Source of the DNA: Octopus bimaculoides
Taxonomy: Eukaryota
Assembly (NCBI RefSeq): GCF_001194135.2
Contig: NC_069000.1
Location: 13,863,776 to 13,922,710 of the forward strand
Length of the DNA stretch: 58,935 bases
Direction of reading: 5' to 3'
The notes beneath the pieces were generated by a model. That model had not been told where the DNA came from and searched no databases. It worked only from the letters and a program-made list of their open reading frames with translations. This document shows positions 51,831 through 58,935 of this stretch, in pieces; position 1 is the first letter of the stretch, and every line of letters begins with the position of its first letter. The position numbers were made by a program, and so were the translations under genes.

Positions 51831-51892
51831 CTGTAATAGAAGAAAAGATAATCAAAACATACATTTTGCATTTTCACATGTATATATATTAA

Positions 51893-51936
<44 letters not shown>

Positions 51937-51954
51937 GTATGTGTGTAACAGATA

Positions 51955-52238
51955 TATATTAATCAATGAAATTCCAGCTTAATCTGATTTTCACGTTTTG
52001 TTATTTGCAATTTTTACAATATTGAAATAAACTAATACTTTCATGTGTTATGCAGTCATCAGTTTTATGTAGCGACAGTCATGTTCTGTTAATTGTGGAA
52101 CACGACTGTCGCTAATTAAACCTGATGATTGAATAACACATGAAAGTACTAGTTTATTTCAATATTGTAAAATTGTAACAATTGCAAATAATGAAATGTG
52201 AAAATCAGACTAAAATGGAATTTCATTGATTAATATAT
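51955..52238. repeat. ~285-bp imperfect palindrome with a hammerhead-like motif in each arm
   Basis: Arms 51955-52086 and 52098-52238 are reverse complements (roughly 85% by eye) around an 11-nt loop. Confidence 0.88.
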
Positions 52239-53276
52239 TGTTNNNNNNNNNNNNNNNNNNNNNNNNNNNNNNNNNNNNNNNNNNNNNNNNNNNNNNNNNN
52301 NNNNNNNNNNNNNNNNNNNNNNNNNNNNNNNNNNNNNNNNNNNNNNNNNNNNNNNNNNNNNNNNNNNNNNNNNNNNNNNNNNNNNNNNNNNNNNNNNNNN
52401 NNNNNNNNNNNNNNNNNNNNNNNNNNNNNNNNNNNNNNNNNNNNNNNNNNNNNNNNNNNNNNNNNNNNNNNNNNNNNNNNNNNNNNNNNNNNNNNNNNNN
52501 NNNNNNNNNNNNNNNNNNNNNNNNNNNNNNNNNNNNNNNNNNNNNNNNNNNNNNNNNNNNNNNNNNNNNNNNNNNNNNNNNNNNNNNNNNNNNNNNNNNN
52601 NNNNNNNNNNNNNNNNNNNNNNNNNNNNNNNNNNNNNNNNNNNNNNNNNNNNNNNNNNNNNNNNNNNNNNNNNNNNNNNNNNNNNNNNNNNNNNNNNNNN
52701 NNNNNNNNNNNNNNNNNNNNNNNNNNNNNNNNNNNNNNNNNNNNNNNNNNNNNNNNNNNNNNNNNNNNNNNNNNNNNNNNNNNNNNNNNNNNNNNNNNNN
52801 NNNNNNNNNNNNNNNNNNNNNNNNNNNNNNNNNNNNNNNNNNNNNNNNNNNNNNNNNNNNNNNNNNNNNNNNNNNNNNNNNNNNNNNNNNNNNNNNNNNN
52901 NNNNNNNNNNNNNNNNNNNNNNNNNNNNNNNNNNNNNNNNNNNNNNNNNNNNNNNNNNNNNNNNNNNNNNNNNNNNNNNNNNNNNNNNNNNNNNNNNNNN
53001 NNNNNNNNNNNNNNNNNNNNNNNNNNNNNNNNNNNNNNNNNNNNNNNNNNNNNNNNNNNNNNNNNNNNNNNNNNNNNNNNNNNNNNNNNNNNNNNNNNNN
53101 NNNNNNNNNNNNNNNNNNNNNNNNNNNNNNNNCTAATGTATTTATATTAATTTCTCATTCTACATATTAACATTTTAAAAGTTTAAATAAAATATTTTTC
53201 AATGTGAAAATTTGTAAATATATATATAAATAAATATATGTATAAATAAATATAAATTGCTCCATTTATTATTATT

Positions 53277-53311
<35 letters not shown>

Positions 53312-53958
53312 TTTATACATATCAGCGTATGTATTACATATGCATGTCTGTGTGTATGTGTGTGTGTATGCACATGCATAAATGTATGTGTATGTGTATT
53401 TGAGTGCATATATATGTGCGTGAATGTGTTTGTGTGTTTGCATGTACAGAGTATTTTAATTTCTGCCATTAGAGCCTCTCCATAAAATGCCAACAGCACA
53501 GTCTGCTGACAGTTTCAAATGACATTGCCTGCACCGAGGCTCTCTTGAATTAAAATACAAAATATGCGCACATTCCTAATTATTTGAACAAATGGAATTT
53601 TTACTGTTTACTTTTCAACAAGTAGATATGAAATGCTGAACTCTACTTCCCAAATAAATAATTTTATATGCTTGCATAAGAAATCTGAGAAAAAATATTG
53701 TTCTGCTTTATAATTTGATAGAATATGTAACCTCAACATTCTTTATATAAGTTTTTTCATAATAGCTTCTATTATAATTAAAAACTGGTATGGTGGCTGT
53801 TTGGTTAGGAAGCTTGTTTGCAACCAAGTTTTTTGGTGTTCAATCCTACTTTACAGCATCTTAGGTATTATAAATATTATGACTCCAGGCTAAGTAATGC
53901 CTTATGAGTGAATTTGGTAGGCAAAAACTGTAAAGAAGCCCATGATATATATAAATTG

Positions 53959-53994
<36 letters not shown>

Positions 53995-54599
53995 ATTTGT
54001 GTCTGTGTTTGTCCCCACATCACTGCTTGACAACCGGTGTTGGTGTGTTTACATACCCCCGTAACTTAGTAGTTCAGCAAAAGAGACTGATTGGATAAGT
54101 ACTAGGCTTAAAACAAAAATTCCTGGTGCCAGTTTGTTCAACTAAAACCCTTCAAGGAGGAGCTCCAGCATGACCACAATCAAATGACTGAAACAAGTAA
54201 AATTTTAAAAGAATAACAATAAAATATTATTAGGAATTGTATAAAAATTATTATTAAAATAGTTTCTTTATTGCAGAAATATAACCGATTCATTGCAGAT
54301 AAATTTTAACAATTAAAATCTTATATGGACCCTCAAGGGCCTTACAGACCCCTGCTTGAAAACTATGGTGCTAGAATAAGTAACACACTTGAAAATAGTA
54401 AGTACTGGGGGCAATTTGTTCAACTAAATCCTTTAAGGCTATGCCCCAGCATGGCCACAGTCCAATGACAAACAAATAAAGGTAGTAGATAATATGGATA
54501 CAAGAACTGAAATTTGGAAGAACTGAAATTTGAAGGTAAAATCCAGGGGAATAATTACAACATCCTGAGAGTTTGTCTCCTTGTTCAATTTTCAATTAT

Positions 54600-54642
<43 letters not shown>

Positions 54643-55516
54643 NNNNNNNNNNNNNNNNNNNNNNNNNNNNNNNNNNNNNNNNNNNNNNNNNNNNNNNNNN
54701 NNNNNNNNNNNNNNNNNNNNNNNNNNNNNNNNNNNNNNNNNNNNNNNNNNNNNNNNNNNNNNNNNNNNNNNNNNNNNNNNNNNNNNNNNNNNNNNNNNNN
54801 NNNNNNNNNNNNNNNNNNNNNNNNNNNNNNNNNNNNNNNNNNNNNNNNNNNNNNNNNNNNNNNNNNNNNNNNNNNNNNNNNNNNNNNNNNNNNNNNNNNN
54901 NNNNNNNNNNNNNNNNNNNNNNNNNNNNNNNNNNNNNNNNNNNNNNNNNNNNNNNNNNNNNNNNNNNNNNNNNNNNNNNNNNNNNNNNNATATATATATA
55001 TATATATATACACGTCATACGACAGGCTTTTACTAGTTTCCATCTACCAAATCCACTCACAAGAACTGAAATTTGGAAGGAGAGGTGGGGTTAGTTGATT
55101 ACATCAACCCCAGGATTTGGCTGGTACTTTATCTTATTGACTTTGGAAGGATGAAAGACAATGTTAACTTTAAAGTTTGAACTCAGAATGCAAAGAGAAA
55201 GAATAAATTCCGCTCTAAAGATTCTGCTTATTCACCCACTCTATCAGCGTCTTACAAAATACTTCAAGTCCACAATGTAAAGTGACTGGTGTTAAGAAGG
55301 GCATCCAGCTGTAAAAACCATGCCAAAACTGACCTTGCCTATGCAAGTGCCACGTAAAAAGTACTCAACCCACTCTGCGGTGTGGTTGGTGTTAGGAAGG
55401 GCATCCAGCTGTAAAAACCATGCCAAAACAGACACAGAAACATGGCACAGGTTCCTGCCTTGCCAACTCCTGTCAAACCTTCCAATGCATGCCAGCATGG
55501 AAGGAGAATGTTACAC

Positions 55517-55547
<31 letters not shown>

Positions 55548-57073
55548 GTGGGGTGCTGTAAACCTTCGTGAAAGGCCTGGTTGGAGGCCCAACCTTCCAA
55601 GCTCCTTTACAGGGCTTAGAAAAACTGAAGGACTGCTCTGCAATAAGTGTGTGATTCTTAAAGGGGAATACGTTTAATAAAATCATAATTAACTGATCTT
55701 CCTGCATTTTCTTTTACCCAAAGCCAGGAATTTTTCAGCACCCCGTTGTATATTCTGTATTCTCCAACATTGTGTAATACAGTTTCACATGTGATCACAT
55801 GACCGACCAGACTATCATATGTTGTTACACATCGCTGGTCACAATGCACTTTGCATTGTTTTGGCCTTCAAATGACACTGCCTGGTTGGCTAGGCAAGCA
55901 GGTCAACATTCCACCCCACTTATTGAAAAGAGAATTGGAGCAATGTGAATGAAGTGTTTTGCTCAAGCACACAATGCACTACCCAGTCTTGAAATTGAAC
56001 CAATGATCTAGCCATCAGGAATGCAACAGCTTAACCATTAGACCACATGCCTTCCCATAATACAGCTTATCACTGAGATGAAATCAAAGCCATACATCTC
56101 CCGAGTACAGTAATATTCTGTTTAACCTATTGAATACAATACTAGCAAGCTTGCTTGCTATGCTGCACTAGGGAAGTATTTATGGCATTGGTCTGGCTGA
56201 TCTGAAAATGCCAAATTTACAATGCTTAGTTGCATACATGTGATTTGTCAAATGTGACTCTCATAGTACTGGCAGAGATTAAATGTCATCTTTCAGTAAG
56301 TAGATTTATATCCCAGGGCTGCAATATGAATTGTGTAGTTACTATATTTAATACATTTGAACCAGACAATGCAGAGAAATAAACATAGGTGCAGGCAGAG
56401 CTGTGTGGTAGGAAGCTTGCTTCCTAACTACATGGTTCTAAGTTCAGTCCCACTACAAGTCACCTTGGGCAAGTGTTTTCTACTTTAACCAAGGCCTTGT
56501 GAGTGGATTTGGTAGATGGAAACTAGTAAAAGCCTGTCGTATGTACATATATATATATATAGGAGGTGCAATGGCTCAGTGGTTAGGGCAGCGGACTTGC
56601 GGTCATAGGATCGCGGTTTCGATTCCCAGACCCGGCGTTGTGAGTGTTTATTGAGCGAAAACACCTAGAGCCATATTTTACATTGCTTGAAGTTTCTACC
56701 TATCGCAATGGAGCCCAGCAATTTCCTTAAATAGAACAGTTGTACAAGTTGTATCTACTTTCCTAACAATGTTTAGCTAAACCACGAGAGGATATGCTAA
56801 AGCTCAGAAAGAACTTGAGCACTTTTTTTTTTTTTTTTTTCCATCTCTAATCATAACTTGTTAAGAGCTAATTAAAACATAATTACTTATAAACCATCGT
56901 AAACATAATAATTCACATCAGCTGATCCGGAAGCTTGCTTCCTGTGATAAGAAGTGATGCATACGGTGATGGAAATATTGAGAAAAACACTTAAGAAATG
57001 TAAACAAAGCAACTCCAAACGACAATCCTGTAGAATACAAAATGTCACATCGAGTGCAAACAAGAAATCAAAC

Positions 57074-57178
57074 CTGAGTACTGGTCAGTCTATAGAGAAG
57101 GTTGTCTTCTAACTCTTGCATCTTTTTTTTGTTTGTTGTGATGTCTTCCATTAACTTCACTCGTTCACTTTCAAGTTC
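57074..57178 (-). CDS. DNAH5: Axonemal dynein heavy chain (DNAH5/8-like), exon 1 of 11 in window
   Basis: Not in the ORF track; read manually. CAG acceptor, [41 protein letters not shown] donor, 105 nt, phase 0/0. Confidence 0.93.
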
Positions 57179-57869
57179 CTGTTTACAAGAAAATCAATAT
57201 TGTTTGAGTTATCCCTTTTGGTTAAACAGATATCTGAGTATCTGACAACAATAAACAAAATGTGTGATGTTTTTTTTATAGCCACTTGCATGTTAATTTC
57301 ATGAGCAGGCTGTTCCGTTGATCGGATCAACTGCAACCCTCGACGTCGTAAGCGACGGAGTGCCAACAACAACAACAACAGCAACTGCATTGTTACCACT
57401 GCCAGATGGCAAGCTGGCTGAAATGTTAACACAGCAGGCAAAATGCTTAGTGGCACTTTATCCATCTTTATATTCTGAGTTTAAATTCCACCAAGATCCA
57501 TTTTGCCTCCCATCCTTTTTATGATTGTGCAATAATACATTAACATGAGCATGATTTAATGTAACCTTGATATCTTCCATCTGTCACAACCTCCTTACCA
57601 TAAATACATACAAAGCCTGTTATTATTTCCCATAAATATGTAAACAAATAGTCTCAGTTTCCTATAGTCTTCCAGTAAACAGTACATGCTGTCTATTACT
57701 TCAGTGTACTTAGAGTATGACAATCTGGAAATCACTTGAAACACAATTGTGCCTTCTATGTACTGACTGCCTCTTCCTTCTGTTTCTATGACGCATGTCT
57801 TCAATTTGTTTTTAATTTTCTAATATCTGAGTCATTTATCCATCAAAGTTAGATATAAAAAGCTATGTA

Positions 57870-57903
<34 letters not shown>

Positions 57904-57904
<1 letters not shown>

Positions 57905-58565
57905 AAGGGGATGCTGAAAACTTCCTGGCTTTAAGGGTATTGTGAAAGGGTAGAGCTGTTATCATTAGGGGGGCATAAGACAACTATTTTGGAGAAGATA
58001 TGCAAAAAATCATGATGGTATACAATATATCTTTCTCTTTTATGCAGATTTAATGCATGAAAGCAGCTTCTACAGTGGATTTTGGTAAGATTGAAGCATG
58101 AGTGATCATGAAGTTTCTCTTTTTGCAAAGCAAAGGAATGGCAGAAATCTATCGCAAGATAAAGGAAGTCTTGAATGATGACTGCTCATCTTATTCCACA
58201 GTGAAAATTTGGACGTTAAGGTTTTGGACTCATCCTTTTGAGGTCACAGATGAAGCTCAGTCAGGATGGCCAACTTCTGCAACCACAGATGGAGGACAAA
58301 GCCAATGCTGTGCATGTCTGATTCTCAAAGACTGCCGGGGTTTCAGCTAAGGTCATAGATGAGACTCTGGGAATTTCTCATGAAAGTGTTGGCCACATCA
58401 TCCACAACATGAGAAAGCAAAATGGGTGCTGAAATGCCTGAACACAGATCAGAAGTACATCAGAGGTGATTTTGAACTGGTTTGCAGCAGGAGAGGCTGA
58501 TTTTATTGCTCATTTAGTCACCATGGATGAAACATGGCCTCATCATTATGATCCCCAAACCAAGC
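57904..58565 (+). pseudogene. Decayed mariner transposon (TIR + transposase remnant)
   Basis: TA-caaggggatgctgaaaacttcctggc TIR. HTH remnant IMKFLFLQSKGMAEIYRKIKEVLNDDCSSYSTVKIW and DDD start LVTMDETWPHHYDPQTKQ; frameshifted. Confidence 0.85.
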
Positions 58566-58569
58566 AGCA

Positions 58570-58890
58570 TCTATATATATAAAAATGAGAATGTGTGTGT
58601 GTGTGTGTCTGTCTGTCTGTATGAATCCCTAAAACTCGAGAACTACGCAACCAATTTCATTCAAATTTTACACATGCCTTACTTAGGGTTCCAGTTGTGT
58701 TTTAGTCAAAAAAAATGATTAACTTCTTGCAGAGTTCGAGCACACGGCAACATAATATCTCCTCCACTATTTAAGTATTACGTGTCAAAAGTGAAACAAA
58801 AACACTCATGTCAAATACTTTCACTTTAAAAATGAAACTATTCCATTAACTGAAACAATCACATTTCGATACTGTAGTGACAGATACTTT
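58570..58890 (+). mobile_element. Helentron/DINE-1-like fragment truncating the mariner remnant
   Basis: (GTCT)n followed by aactacgcaaccaatttcattcaaattttacac, typical of this element class. Confidence 0.5.
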
Positions 58891-58926
<36 letters not shown>

Positions 58927-58935
58927 TATATGTAT

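Overview
AT-rich, repeat-dense animal genomic DNA with many assembly gaps. The SINE and microsatellite landscape suggests a coleoid cephalopod (Octopus-like); this is inference. Two genes converge tail-to-tail. On +, the last three coding exons of TMEM143 (412-606, 3875-4475, 6726-6967; 345 aa). On -, the last 11 coding exons (891 aa) of an outer-arm axonemal dynein heavy chain (DNAH5/DNAH8-like) ending GVALLCDIK*. Five internal dynein exons (28422-39108) lie on the opposite (+) strand. They splice in perfect phase with the minus-strand exons and sit inside a 20.6-kb block bounded by the only two exactly-100-N gaps. A mis-oriented scaffold piece is the most likely cause; a real inversion or trans-splicing is the alternative. 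The non-coding DNA holds several notable elements: an inverted Penelope-like pair carrying a tRNA-like Pol III cassette upstream of a minimal hammerhead ribozyme; a second hairpin with twin hammerhead-like motifs; two fold-back MITEs (GG ends, 8-bp TSD) with inverted TTAGGG cores; a mariner MITE family, one copy 44 bp after the dynein stop, plus a decayed parent element; hAT, piggyBac-like and Helentron-like non-autonomous elements; a LINE tail with three C2H2 fingers; several SINE families; and a 46/92/184-bp higher-order minisatellite.
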